Shown here: piece by piece, positions 30,989 through 40,609 of the stretch
Layout of the letters: every line of letters starts with the position of its first letter
Numbering within the stretch: position 1 is the first letter of the stretch
Assembly (NCBI GenBank): GCA_964393235.1
Contig: CAYMTH010000001.1
Location: forward strand, 1 to 40,664
Direction: 5' to 3'
Length of the DNA: 40,664 bases
Source of the DNA: an uncultured Solibacteraceae bacterium
GTDB lineage: Bacteria > Acidobacteriota > Terriglobia > Bryobacterales > Bryobacteraceae
Notes under the pieces: model-generated
The model's database searches: none
Seen by the model: only the letters and a program-made list of their open reading frames with translations
Told to the model about the DNA's origin: nothing
Position numbers and translations under genes: made by a program

Positions 30989-32946
30989 CACCGGCCGGTA
31001 AGCCGGTCGGTAAGCAGTCCCGATACGACCCCGGCTGGGGCCGCGCTTCGGATGGGCTGCTCCGCCTGCCGCTGGAGCATCTGCCGCGCCCGGACCAGCT
31101 TCTCCAGGGCGTTGCGCGGGTCGCCAAACAGGACGGGGAGGGCAGCCTCGGCGTTGGCCCCGAGGTTCCCCCGGCTGCGGTTCATGAGCCGTCCGGCGAC
31201 GCCCATATAGTTGCCGGCGGCGAGCTGCGGGATCATCGTCAGCATCTCGTCGTCGGCCAGATCCGCGAGTCCGACCGTCTGCTGTGCCGTCGTCGAATTG
31301 CCGCGCGTGGCATCGAGGGTCGTCCGCATCCGCTTCTCGGCCGTGAGTCGGTTGGCGAAGTCTTTGAAAGCGTCGCGTGAGGGGAACAGGGACTCAAGAA
31401 TCTGCCTCTTTTCCCTTACCGCGAACACTCTCCGCACGATGTCAGAACCGTCGGGGCTGTTACCGATGGCCTGCTTGAGGCTGTCGACAGCACCGATCAG
31501 GTAGTGCTCCCGCTCGGCCGGCGAGGACAACTGCGCGAGCGCCGCACGAATGTCGACCGGGTTCTTTCGTGCGAACTCCTGGCCCATCTCGATGGCCTCC
31601 AGCATTCGCGTGTCGCCGGCGTACACCGCACGGGCCTTCGCGTAGTCCGGGTAGAGCTGATCGAGGCGGCTGAGGAACTCCTGGCGGCGCGTCTCCAACG
31701 CCCGCAGCATTCCCCTGCCGATGGTGCCGGTGCGCTTGCCGCTGTAGAGGATGTCGTCCAGCCCCCGCTTGACGTAGTCGAGCACCTGGAGCGTCGGCAC
31801 TCGCACGGTGCGCCCCTGTGTATCACGGACAGCCGGGATGTTGACGCCCTCGACGGCCGCCAGTTTGTATCCGGCCCGCACGGCCTGCTGGAACTCAGGC
31901 AGCCGGAGCATGCCGAGGATGATCGGGTCGTCGACGGGGCGAGCGCCGGCGGTGTAGGCGCGTTCGTAGAGGGGCGCGGCGGCAGCCGCCCTCTGCTGCA
32001 TCAGGGCCGTCGCCACCTGCTGCGCGTCGCCACGCAAGCCGGTCGTGGCGACGAGGTCGTTGGTGATCCGTGCGCCGGCCTCGTCGGCGCGGGTGGCGAG
32101 CTGCTCGACGACGTCGGCCGTGCCGGCGGGGCCGGCGTTGATGACGTCCCGGCCGAGGCGCAGCGTAGACGTACGGCCGGCGTCGGCCATGACGGCCGGC
32201 TTCCCGCCGACGGCGAGCTCGTCGGCCCGCATCGCCGCCTGGAGCGGGGACAGCCCGTCTTTCTCCAGGGCTTGCGCGACCTTCTCCACGCCGCGATTTC
32301 CTCCCGGCGGCTGTACCCCCGGCAGCTTCCCGATCCATTGCCCCAGGGCCGAATCCGCGAAGGCATCGGCCGTTCGCTGCGCGACTGCCTTCCCGACGCG
32401 GGTAGCAGGCGGGATGACCACACCGACCGCACCACCGGACGCACCACCGAAGAGCCCGCCCTTGATTGCGCCGACCCCACGCTCGACCGGCCCGCCCTCG
32501 GCGGCACCGGCACCGGACAGTGCGCCCGCCTTCGCGCCCGCCTTTACAGCGTTCCAGGCCGTCTGCGACAGCTTCGCGCCTCTGGCGGCGTTGAGCCCCG
32601 GGATGAGCATTGTCGGCAGGGAGCCGACGACGTTTGAAGCCAGGGATGCCAGCGGGTGGTCACTCTCCGCCTGTTTCAGATCCGCCCGATGCTGCGCGAC
32701 ACGTCGATCATAGTTACGCCCGATGTTAGTGTCTCCCCGCATGAGATCCCCCGTCGCTCCGAGAGCGGCGGCGGCTTCGTCCGCGAAGCCAAACGTCAGT
32801 CCCTGGGCGAAGGTGTCCCGCAGGTTCTCGTAAGTGATCGGCTTCATCTTCTGCGGGGCGGGGGACGCCGGCTTCGCCTGCGGGGCGTCCTCCGTCTCGA
32901 TGATGTAGCTCTTCCCGTCGTCGGTGGTGATCTTGTACTTGCCCAT
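30988..32946 (-). CDS. Internal virion / ejection-type protein (652 aa).
   Basis: ATG at 32946 with a GGAGGAGG RBS. Gly/Ala-rich hydrophobic segments (GALSGAGAAEGGPVERGVGAIKGGLFGGASGGAVGVVIPP). Its position before the lysis genes matches podovirus-like modules. Confidence 0.5.
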   Translation of the reverse strand: MGKYKITTDDGKSYIIETEDAPQAKPASPAPQKMKPITYENLRDTFAQGLTFGFADEAAAALGATGDLMRGDTNIGRNYDRRVAQHRADLKQAESDHPLASLASNVVGSLPTMLIPGLNAARGAKLSQTAWNAVKAGAKAGALSGAGAAEGGPVERGVGAIKGGLFGGASGGAVGVVIPPATRVGKAVAQRTADAFADSALGQWIGKLPGVQPPGGNRGVEKVAQALEKDGLSPLQAAMRADELAVGGKPAVMADAGRTSTLRLGRDVINAGPAGTADVVEQLATRADEAGARITNDLVATTGLRGDAQQVATALMQQRAAAAAPLYERAYTAGARPVDDPIILGMLRLPEFQQAVRAGYKLAAVEGVNIPAVRDTQGRTVRVPTLQVLDYVKRGLDDILYSGKRTGTIGRGMLRALETRRQEFLSRLDQLYPDYAKARAVYAGDTRMLEAIEMGQEFARKNPVDIRAALAQLSSPAEREHYLIGAVDSLKQAIGNSPDGSDIVRRVFAVREKRQILESLFPSRDAFKDFANRLTAEKRMRTTLDATRGNSTTAQQTVGLADLADDEMLTMIPQLAAGNYMGVAGRLMNRSRGNLGANAEAALPVLFGDPRNALEKLVRARQMLQRQAEQPIRSAAPAGVVSGLLTDRLTGR

Positions 32947-32956
32947 GTTCCTCCTC

Positions 32957-34255
32957 CTACGGGATCGGGGTGACCGACACAATCCGGCCGCCCTGGAACT
33001 GCTGCCCCACTTGCGGGACGCCTCCCGACGCCGTCGGCGGGGCCGCTGGGGGCTGCGTTCCTCGGCCGGGAGCGATACCCAGCTCGACCATCTTCGCCTC
33101 CTCCTTCAGCCGTCTCAGGCCGTCCACCGCTGCGGGCGACCCGCCGGAAACCATATCCGCCCAACGGACGATCTGACCCATGAAACGGGACTCTTCGTCT
33201 TTGTTGATCGCACCGCCCGAGCGCAGACGGCCGACTTTGTCGGCGACGCTTTCGACGAGGCGTACAAGGGCAGGGCTCGTCCCGGTCTTGACTGCCAAGA
33301 TTGCGGACCTCCCGCCCTCCTCGAAGGCCTGGATGAGCGCGTCGATCTCCGGCTGCATCGAGGTGGCGATGGACAGCACCTTCGACGCCTCTCCCGACAA
33401 CGGTCGGCCCATCCCCGCAGTTTTCGCCTCGCGTTCTTCCCGCGCAGCGTTGGTGCCGGCGTTGCGGGCGGCAGCGTTAGCCGACGTCACCTGGGCCTGG
33501 GTCGCCTGCTGCCGAAGCAGGAACTCCTTGTCGAACTCCCACCTGCGCCAGTCCAGGTTGTCCCGCCCGAGCTTATTGGCTGCCTGCTCTCCCGGTGTCA
33601 TGTCCTTTGAGAACGTCGTGGCCTGCGGTTTGTTCTTGTCGACAAGCTGCACCGCCCCGCCCGTATCGACGGACATGTAGTTGGGCACCGGGCTGTATCC
33701 CTCGACCGACTTGATCGACCCGTCGGACATCGGCTGGACGAGGACCGGGGTGCCGCCGCGCATAACCGTCTGCGGCGAGCCGACAGGCTTCGGCATCATC
33801 TCCGCCGCCCGCTGCCGCAGGTTCTGAGCCTCGACGAAGTACGCCTTCGCGTTGTCCAGTTGTCCCACTCTCATCGACATCTGCGCCGCCTGCTCGTACC
33901 GTTGGGCTTTGCTGAACAGGTACTCGGGCGTCGGAATGCCGGCGGAGCCGGGGTCTTGCCCAAGCATGCCCTGTGCGGCCGCTGCGGCCTCCTGGGCCCT
34001 GCGCTGCTGCATGATCTGCTGCTTCGCCGCCCAGCCCTGGAGCATCGACTCCTGGCCGCCGCGCAGACCTTCAGCGAGCGGCTTCTGCCCGGCGAGGCTC
34101 TGGCCGATAGCCATGATCGCGTTCGCCCTCGCACGACGGCGGGCGTCGGGGTTGAAGTCACTGCCCATGATCTGCGGCAGGTCGCCGGCGGCGTTGCGGT
34201 CGAAGTTTCGACCGGCCGCCAGCAGCCCCTGCTTGATTGCCGAAAACGGATTCAT
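32957..34255 (-). CDS. Internal virion protein (432 aa).
   Basis: Q/A/R-rich helical sequence. TGATG junction with the upstream gene. Confidence 0.5.
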   Translation of the reverse strand: MNPFSAIKQGLLAAGRNFDRNAAGDLPQIMGSDFNPDARRRARANAIMAIGQSLAGQKPLAEGLRGGQESMLQGWAAKQQIMQQRRAQEAAAAAQGMLGQDPGSAGIPTPEYLFSKAQRYEQAAQMSMRVGQLDNAKAYFVEAQNLRQRAAEMMPKPVGSPQTVMRGGTPVLVQPMSDGSIKSVEGYSPVPNYMSVDTGGAVQLVDKNKPQATTFSKDMTPGEQAANKLGRDNLDWRRWEFDKEFLLRQQATQAQVTSANAAARNAGTNAAREEREAKTAGMGRPLSGEASKVLSIATSMQPEIDALIQAFEEGGRSAILAVKTGTSPALVRLVESVADKVGRLRSGGAINKDEESRFMGQIVRWADMVSGGSPAAVDGLRRLKEEAKMVELGIAPGRGTQPPAAPPTASGGVPQVGQQFQGGRIVSVTPIP

Positions 34256-34608
34256 CAATACCTCCCCATCAGCCCGCCCGTGAGGCGGAACGGCTGCTGC
34301 GCCGGCATGCCCTGCGTCACATCAACACCCCCCGCGAGACTCGCGCCTACTGAGTCGAGTCGCCCTGCGGCTTTGCCCAGACGTTTCTGCCAGCCCGGTT
34401 TTTTCTTCCGCATGCCCTGGACCGGGTCGTACTCGTAGCCATCCGCCGCGCCGACCGCACCATACTGCGGGTTCATAGGGTCCATCGTTTCGTAGGGGTT
34501 AACGTCCGCCCCCATCATGCCGGGGCCGACTGCGCCGACCGCTTCGGCTGTCATGGTCGGGGCCGGCGACTTGCGGCCGATACCGAGGTTCTGTAGGAAG
34601 CCAAACAT
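34255..34608 (-). CDS. Small virion-module protein (117 aa).
   Basis: MFGFLQNLGIGRKSP.... TGATG junctions at both ends. The longer track ORF (to 34872) overlaps the upstream gene. Confidence 0.5.
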   Translation of the reverse strand: MFGFLQNLGIGRKSPAPTMTAEAVGAVGPGMMGADVNPYETMDPMNPQYGAVGAADGYEYDPVQGMRKKKPGWQKRLGKAAGRLDSVGASLAGGVDVTQGMPAQQPFRLTGGLMGRY

Positions 34609-35453
34609 CAGCGGGATCCTCCGCGCAGGTAGTTGAGCAGACCGGCCGTCGGCGAGCCCGTGGGCGACGACGGCGGCACGTTCAGCAGCCCCTGCGGCGG
34701 CCGCACGAACCCAGGGAGGCCGGTGCCGCCCGGGGCGAGGTCGACGGGCGCGGGGAAGTCCCAGCTGTACATCGGCGGCACCGTGTAGCTGCCCGGGGTG
34801 CGGACGGGCGGCCCAGTGTAGGGCGTCGTCTGCGGGCCGGTCGGCTGCGGCGGAACCGTCGGCGGCGTCCATGTCGGGCCGGGGAGGTTCGGGCGCGGAG
34901 GGGTGGTGCCCATGCCGCCCCCGCCACCGGGAGGCAGGGCTCCTCCGCCCCCGCTTGCGCCGCCGGGGCGGCCGGTGCCGTAGAGGTCGACGCCACGGTC
35001 GAGCGCCTCCTGCACGGCTACCGGCGGCCGCTGGTCGGAGGCGAGCTCGTCCCGCAGCTGGTTTTGGAACTGCTGCGGCGACGGAGCCCGCAGATACTGC
35101 TCATACAACAGCGTCGCGTCGTGCAGGTTGCCGGTGCCGAAGTCGAGGTTGTATTGCGGCACGTTCGTGCTGTACGGGCCGCCGTTGTACTCGACGGCCT
35201 GGACGCGATCCGCGCCGAGCATGTTTCCCAACTGTTGCGCCGCGCCCTGGGTCAGCATCGGTCGGCCGCCCCACTGCTGGCCGTCAGGGCCGACGGTGAC
35301 CATGTTCTGGAAGGTCGGGCTGAATCCCCGGAGATCCCCCGAGGGGAAGGGGCCGGTGACCTGCGCGTCGGGGTTGGTCGGCGGCGGCACGATGGGTGTG
35401 TCGCCGGGGGCGGGCGGAGCCTGCTGCTGACGAGGATCTACGTTGAAAGGCAT
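34608..35453 (-). CDS. Pro/Gly-rich virion-module protein (281 aa).
   Basis: The N-terminal half is ordinary (VEYNGGPYSTNVPQYNLDFGTGNLHDATLLYEQYL). The C-terminal half is P/G/T-rich and almost uncharged. Confidence 0.5.
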   Translation of the reverse strand: MPFNVDPRQQQAPPAPGDTPIVPPPTNPDAQVTGPFPSGDLRGFSPTFQNMVTVGPDGQQWGGRPMLTQGAAQQLGNMLGADRVQAVEYNGGPYSTNVPQYNLDFGTGNLHDATLLYEQYLRAPSPQQFQNQLRDELASDQRPPVAVQEALDRGVDLYGTGRPGGASGGGGALPPGGGGGMGTTPPRPNLPGPTWTPPTVPPQPTGPQTTPYTGPPVRTPGSYTVPPMYSWDFPAPVDLAPGGTGLPGFVRPPQGLLNVPPSSPTGSPTAGLLNYLRGGSR

Positions 35454-36820
35454 TAGAAGAACATCCCTCCGATTTGCGCCAGCTGGCCGATGGTCTGGAG
35501 GCCGCTGGGCGTGTACGTCGACCGGCTGCTACCCGTGCTCGACATCCCGAGATTCGGCAAATTGATGCCGAGCGCACCCGACTGCACCTGGAGCGCCGGC
35601 AGCATGTAGTAGCGGGCGTCGTCGAAGGCGGCCTGGGACGCCTGCGCGTTCTCGTTGTAAACTCCCCGCCCGTAGTTGTCGAACTGCTGCAGCGCCTGGG
35701 CCGTCTGGAGCGGCATCTGGTACTGCTGGTTGGCGAGGTTCTGATACTGGCTGGCCGTCTGGAGCAGCTGCGAGATCCGGTTCTGATTGGCCGCTTGGTT
35801 GGCGAGGTCAGCCTGATGTCGGCTCTGCGCGTTGAACCGCTGCGCGTCGAGAGCGGCCGCTTGGTTCGCCTGCCCCGCCTGCTGGCCGAATTGCGCCGAG
35901 GCCATGGCCGCCTGCTGGCTGCGGGCGGCGTTGGCCTCGCTGCCGGCGTTGAGTGCTCCCTGGTTGGCGGCGGCCGTCGCGAAGTCCATCTGCTGGTTGG
36001 CCGCCTGCGCTCGGTTGGCGGCGTCCATGTACATCCCGGCCATGTTCAGGTCGGCCGCTTGGTTGGCAGCTCCGGCCCGCTGGGCGTTGTTGATGTCGGT
36101 ATTGGCGAGGCCGGCGGCGGTGTTGAATCCGGCCGCGCGTTGCTCCGCGATAAGCCTTGCGGCGGCGTCTGCGAAACCCCGGTTGGTTTCCCCCTCAAGC
36201 ACTGCCTGCCGGCTGCCGCCGAAGGCCCCCTGGCGCACTGCCTGGGCGCTGTTCTGCTGCTGCGTCAGCTGCCGCGCCCGATCAAGATCTTTGAGCCCCT
36301 GGCCGATGACGCCGTCGTTATAGGCGTTCGTGTAGGTGCCCATCCCGCTGGCGACGGTGCCGAAGCCGAGGTCGCGGACGTTCTGTCGCGGAGTGACGTA
36401 GGGGTTGACGTCGCGGACAGCGTCGCGGTTGATGGTGTCGACGTTCGATGCGGCCGCACCCACCGTCGCGCCCTGCATCTGAAAGGGCTGCGGGTTGTAT
36501 CCGTACGCTCCGACCTCCAGCGACGGCTGCTGCCGCGCCTGCGCCAAGGTGTCCCAGGCCTGCCCGATGCTGGCACCTGGAGCGCCCTGCGGGATGTCCA
36601 TCTGGATGCCGTTGGCGAGTTGGTTCAAGACGCTGCCGGCCTGCTGCCCTGCGCCGCCCATCGGCGCGGATCCAGCGCGGGGGCCGGAGTACGGACCCTG
36701 CGCGGTGATGAAGTCCCCGACACCTTTAGCTTGATTGAAGTTGCCCAGGTAGGCGTCTTTCAGCTGCGGGTCAATTTCGGTCTTCGTCTGTTCACTCTGC
36801 GTCGAGCTGCTTCTGCTCAT
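35453..36820 (-). CDS. Q/N/A-rich internal virion / ejection-type protein (455 aa).
   Basis: Long AANQ/QQA-rich helical repeats. ATGA junction with the upstream gene. Confidence 0.5.
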   Translation of the reverse strand: MSRSSSTQSEQTKTEIDPQLKDAYLGNFNQAKGVGDFITAQGPYSGPRAGSAPMGGAGQQAGSVLNQLANGIQMDIPQGAPGASIGQAWDTLAQARQQPSLEVGAYGYNPQPFQMQGATVGAAASNVDTINRDAVRDVNPYVTPRQNVRDLGFGTVASGMGTYTNAYNDGVIGQGLKDLDRARQLTQQQNSAQAVRQGAFGGSRQAVLEGETNRGFADAAARLIAEQRAAGFNTAAGLANTDINNAQRAGAANQAADLNMAGMYMDAANRAQAANQQMDFATAAANQGALNAGSEANAARSQQAAMASAQFGQQAGQANQAAALDAQRFNAQSRHQADLANQAANQNRISQLLQTASQYQNLANQQYQMPLQTAQALQQFDNYGRGVYNENAQASQAAFDDARYYMLPALQVQSGALGINLPNLGMSSTGSSRSTYTPSGLQTIGQLAQIGGMFF

Positions 36821-37185
36821 GCTGCCTCCAGCTTCTTCTCCAGCAGTACGGCTGCCTTCTCATACCCCTCGGGCCCGAGCACCCGCTCCCACCCCGGCCG
36901 GCCGGCGATGGTGACACTCTGGCAACCGCACATCCGTGCCCACCCCTCCAGCCAGCGCCGCTGGATCTGGATCTCCTCCATGCGGCCGGCGGCCAAGAAG
37001 CAGTGAACGACCTTGCGCTGCGGGAACTGGATGATCTCGGTGACGATCATCGAGTGCGGCGCAGGCCAGAACTGATACCGGCCGTGCTCGATGCCGACCG
37101 CGATGTCATCGAACGAGTGGGTGCCGCCAGCGTGGCGGAGCGCCTGCTCGATCAGCCCTCGGTAGTCGTTCACGTCCCAGGTCAT
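36817..37185 (-). CDS. Conserved-looking hypothetical protein (122 aa).
   Basis: MTWDVNDYRGLIEQALRHAGGTHSFDDIAVGIEHGRYQFWPAPHSMIVTEIIQFPQRKVVHCFLAAGRMEE.... ATGA overlap with the upstream stop. Confidence 0.6.
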   Translation of the reverse strand: MTWDVNDYRGLIEQALRHAGGTHSFDDIAVGIEHGRYQFWPAPHSMIVTEIIQFPQRKVVHCFLAAGRMEEIQIQRRWLEGWARMCGCQSVTIAGRPGWERVLGPEGYEKAAVLLEKKLEAA

Positions 37186-37388
37186 ATGGCTGTCGTCCCC
37201 AGAACCCCGGCGTTGTCGACAGTGATGGCGTACCGGGTGCCGTTCGGGCTGGTCAGGATCACCCGGCCCGCGCCGATCTCGACGTCCCGCCCGCGCTTGT
37301 GGTTCTCCGCATCGGTGCGGCGGAGTTCCTCGCGCAGGCGAGCCTGATCTGTCGGTTCGTATCGCGGCGGCGGAGACGGCAGGTTCAC
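37182..37388 (-). CDS. Small hypothetical protein (68 aa).
   Basis: GTGA overlap with the upstream stop. Ends ...GRVILTSPNGTRYAITVDNAGVLGTTAI. Confidence 0.5.
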   Translation of the reverse strand: MNLPSPPPRYEPTDQARLREELRRTDAENHKRGRDVEIGAGRVILTSPNGTRYAITVDNAGVLGTTAI

Positions 37389-38890
37389 CGGGCCCCCAGG
37401 GTTCGCACGGCCAGACGGAAGTCGCCCAGCCTCCAGTCATCTCCCTCGACGGCGTCGAAGCGCATCGAGATCTGCCGGCCGGTCACCCGCACACTCGTCG
37501 GATTTGCGAGGGTGTAGGGGCCGTCGGTGATCTCCGCCGACGTCGGGTACAGCCTCGACTTGAAGGTCAGCGACAGGTCGCCAAGCGTCTGCTCGTCGGG
37601 AATCACCTTGCTGATGCGGAGCACCTGTTCGCCGCCCATAACCTCCACCGGTCCAGATTGAACGTGTGGAGTGTCGCCCGAATAGCGATTCCCGATTTCA
37701 TGTTCGTACATTTTGCCGTCGGGCGCAACATAGATCTGGTTCGTGTAGACACCCTTCTGGACGCCCGTCGTGCGGGCGCATTCGCCGATTGCCCAGACGC
37801 CCGTCTGGTAGTTCAGCAAGACATACTTGTCGCACTCGGTCGAGTTCCGGCTCGGATAGAACCACTGGATCTCGTTGAACTCGGGGATCCGCACTGCGTG
37901 AATCTTTTCCGCCTGCGCCCGGTTGATGTCGCCGGCCAGGAAATCCCACACGTCGCACGGCACCGGCCGCACCGACCCGTCGAACGCGAAGAACCCACCG
38001 TCCGACAGCCAGTATGCGACGCCGTCGGCTGCCTCGGCGGCGTGTTTCGAGATGACGCCGCAGCCGGTCGCGAGGCGCTCGAAACCGTAGACGAGCGGCG
38101 GGCCGACGTAGCGGGCGAGATGCACATCGTCATCGGTGAACAGGATGACCCCGCCGCGCACCTTCTTGCCGTTCCGCAGCTTCCCTGTCGTCTGGAGCTC
38201 GAAGTCCCCAGCCTGCGTCGTAGCCGTCACCTGCCAGTTCGTGTGGTCCTCCTGATCCGACCAGCGGACGAGGCGCGGGTTGGCGTCGGCGGCGAGCACG
38301 AACACGAACCGCTCCTCGGTCACCAGCACTGCCTGGGAGTCCACCGGCACAGTGCCGGCGGAGGGGGTGATCGTCGTCGCGACGGCCGCGTAATTGTTGG
38401 TCCAGACGAACAGCCGACCGTCGTCGGAGTGAATCCCGAGCAGGTAGTCGCCGAAGTTGTCGATGCTCCAGGTGGTCGCGAGGTCGACGCCTGTGGCGAC
38501 GGTGCGCGGCGTCCCATAGGTGCCGTATCCGTACGCTCCGGCACCGTACCCAGTCGCATTCGAGGAGTCCTCCCGGCCAGCCGCCAGTGCCGCCGGAGTG
38601 ATGTCGAACAGGGCGGAGCCACTGTATCCGTACAGCTTCGAGTGGGTGCCGATGGCGAAATAGGCGGAGCCGCTCGATCCACTCCAGGCGTGGCTGCCGC
38701 GAGCCTTGCCCGTCACTTGCAGATCGACGGGTGGTGTCGCGCCGCTCTGCATCACCTGCCACCCGCCCATCGGGCGCAGGACACCGTCGACCCAGCGGAC
38801 GAGATTCGAGTCGTACCACCGGCCGGCGCTCTGGTATTCGGTGCCGCGTCGCACGACACCGGGAGGGATGCGGATGGGCAGGAGAGGCAT
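37385..38890 (-). CDS. Virion tail protein, possibly nozzle / tail-tubular type (501 aa).
   Basis: N-terminus MPLLPIRIPPGVVRRGTEYQSAGRWYDSNLVRWVDGVLRPMGGWQ, then a W/G/Y-rich, beta-rich sequence. It lies between the fibres and the internal proteins. Confidence 0.45.
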   Translation of the reverse strand: MPLLPIRIPPGVVRRGTEYQSAGRWYDSNLVRWVDGVLRPMGGWQVMQSGATPPVDLQVTGKARGSHAWSGSSGSAYFAIGTHSKLYGYSGSALFDITPAALAAGREDSSNATGYGAGAYGYGTYGTPRTVATGVDLATTWSIDNFGDYLLGIHSDDGRLFVWTNNYAAVATTITPSAGTVPVDSQAVLVTEERFVFVLAADANPRLVRWSDQEDHTNWQVTATTQAGDFELQTTGKLRNGKKVRGGVILFTDDDVHLARYVGPPLVYGFERLATGCGVISKHAAEAADGVAYWLSDGGFFAFDGSVRPVPCDVWDFLAGDINRAQAEKIHAVRIPEFNEIQWFYPSRNSTECDKYVLLNYQTGVWAIGECARTTGVQKGVYTNQIYVAPDGKMYEHEIGNRYSGDTPHVQSGPVEVMGGEQVLRISKVIPDEQTLGDLSLTFKSRLYPTSAEITDGPYTLANPTSVRVTGRQISMRFDAVEGDDWRLGDFRLAVRTLGAR

Positions 38891-38891
38891 T

Positions 38892-39629
38892 CTAGTGGAG
38901 ATCCACCCAGGAACCCGCCGCGCGGACCTGGAGCTTGCTCGTGTTGGTGTTGTAGATAACCATCCCGTCCTGTGGGATCGTCAGGGCGTCGCGTTGGGTG
39001 GTGGTGAGGCGGGAGAATAGGATCGCTCGCGTCGTCCCCGTCAGTTCGATCCCAACGGAGGCACTGGCGGGCAGATTCGACAATCCGCCGGCGGTCTGCT
39101 CACCCACGATCAGCCGGCCGCCGTTATCAATTCGGGCGACCTGCTTCCATCCGACGTTACCCGCCGGGGTAGTGCAGAAAATGATACCCGTAGCGGCCGT
39201 CGAGTTGGTGTAGTTCTCCTCGGCCTGGATGACGATCTGACCGAGGTCGTTGGCGGAGTAGCCGGTCGCCAGATACCCCCGGCCAGCCAGAGCAGCTAGA
39301 TACGCTCCGGACAAGACGGCCGACGGTGCGGCGGCCGTGCCGAGGGCGAGGCGGCCGACGAACCAGCCGGCATTGCCGATGCCGTCGATCAGCATCTTGC
39401 ACTCAGAGCCGTCGTCCTTCCCGATCAGATGGATCTTCGTCGAGGTGATGGGCGAGACAGCGGTGACGTTGTTCGTCACCGTCACGCTCTTGGTCTTCAC
39501 TGAGTTGTTGTCGACATCCCAGAGCTCGGTGTCGAGGGTGTCGAGGTCCGTGTTGAGGTAGCCGCCCCAGACTCCGGCGTCCGCGCCCACAGTGGGCTTC
39601 GTCAGCCCGTAGTTCGTTGTCGTCGCCAT
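38892..39629 (-). CDS. Tail fibre protein (245 aa).
   Basis: N-terminus [29 protein letters not shown] and C-terminus [40 protein letters not shown] are both common tail-fibre signatures. AGGAGG RBS. Confidence 0.8.
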   Translation of the reverse strand: MATTTNYGLTKPTVGADAGVWGGYLNTDLDTLDTELWDVDNNSVKTKSVTVTNNVTAVSPITSTKIHLIGKDDGSECKMLIDGIGNAGWFVGRLALGTAAAPSAVLSGAYLAALAGRGYLATGYSANDLGQIVIQAEENYTNSTAATGIIFCTTPAGNVGWKQVARIDNGGRLIVGEQTAGGLSNLPASASVGIELTGTTRAILFSRLTTTQRDALTIPQDGMVIYNTNTSKLQVRAAGSWVDLH

Positions 39630-39637
39630 GTTTCCTC

Positions 39638-40129
39638 CTACTGGACGGCAGCCGCCGTCTTGGCCTCCGCCGCTTGAGCAGCGGCAGCCGTCGCCGTTTC
39701 TAGTGCGCGAAGTTCGGCCCGCCGAATGATGTCCCGCATGGCCCGCACCATCAGCGCCCGTACAGCCTGATTCATGGTCCTGAACTCCATGACCCCGACG
39801 AGCGCCCCCGCCGAAGCAGCCGCTGGGGTCGTGCCGTTGCTTCCCCGGACGACGGTCAGAGTGTTCTCCTCTTTCGCAGTGACCAGTACATGCTCCCCTG
39901 CAATATCGAGCATCGTATTCGCGTCGATAGCCGAGGAGTCAGCGACAACTAAAGTCGTGTCTGCGACTCCGGCGGCAGCGGTCAGCTCCGTCCGGGGCTG
40001 GGTGATCTGCGCCGACATCCAGCCGCGCAGGATCCTGGCCGCGTCGCTGGAGATCGTGATAGCCGGCGGGTTGATCGTAGTTTGCGCGAAAACGCAGCAG
40101 CCAACGAAGAAAACAGTAAGTAATTTCAT
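39638..40129 (-). CDS. Fibre-module protein with a signal-peptide-like N-terminus (163 aa).
   Basis: [18 protein letters not shown].... It shares the module ...[38 protein letters not shown] with the N-terminal region of the 723-aa fibre. Confidence 0.6.
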   Translation of the reverse strand: MKLLTVFFVGCCVFAQTTINPPAITISSDAARILRGWMSAQITQPRTELTAAAGVADTTLVVADSSAIDANTMLDIAGEHVLVTAKEENTLTVVRGSNGTTPAAASAGALVGVMEFRTMNQAVRALMVRAMRDIIRRAELRALETATAAAAQAAEAKTAAAVQ

Positions 40130-40299
40130 TAGGACACCTCCGTCCAGTTATTCAAACTTGCCACCACCTGATTCCATACTCCGGCGGGGGCGGCTCCCTC
40201 CGTCCAAGTAGGCGCTGTCGCCAATACCGGCCGCCAGAAGGGTGCGGCCGCGCCGTCGAACTGCACTTCGTCGAACAGAGATCGGTCTAGTTCAGCCAT
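40129..40299 (-). CDS. Small hypothetical protein (56 aa).
   Basis: ATG at 40299 follows a GGAGAAA RBS. TAATG junction with the next gene. The longer track ORF (to 40620) overlaps the fibre C-terminus. Confidence 0.5.
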   Translation of the reverse strand: MAELDRSLFDEVQFDGAAAPFWRPVLATAPTWTEGAAPAGVWNQVVASLNNWTEVS

Positions 40300-40306
40300 A
40301 TTTCTC

Positions 40307-40609
40307 CTACTCGATGAAGACGACGGCGGACGCGCGGACATTCGTCGGGTTCGTCGCCCAGGTGGGGGTAACCCATTTGATTTCGAGATAGTCGCCCGCA
40401 ACGACGGCCTGGGATAGGCCAGTAACCGAGAAGGGGTTCGATACGTTGTTCGTTGTCCGGGTGGTCGTGATAGTGACGTCCGTCGTGTTGTTGATGCGCA
40501 CGAACAGAGAGCTGTTCTCCCCGGTGCCTGTAGCGCCGCCAGTGTGCAGATTCCCGTACACCGACCTGATCGTTCCGGATCGGGGGACATATACTCGATA
40601 CCATCCCGC
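40307..40609 (-). CDS. Tail fibre C-terminal 100 codons plus stop. This is the same ORF as 1..1869, joined across the circular junction.
   Basis: In phase with the 1..1869 frame (40607-40307 is divisible by 3). Ends ...GDYLEIKWVTPTWATNPTNVRASAVVFIE with TAG at 40307-40309. The track shows only the internal GTG fragment 40307..40561. Confidence 0.8.
   Translation of the reverse strand, partial: AGWYRVYVPRSGTIRSVYGNLHTGGATGTGENSSLFVRINNTTDVTITTTRTTNNVSNPFSVTGLSQAVVAGDYLEIKWVTPTWATNPTNVRASAVVFIE

Noticed and set aside
40307-40609. A diversity-generating retroelement acting on the fibre C-terminus. The late module reminded me of DGR-carrying podoviruses.
   Set aside because: No reverse transcriptase ORF occurs anywhere in the genome, and I could find no template-repeat copy of the fibre 3' end.
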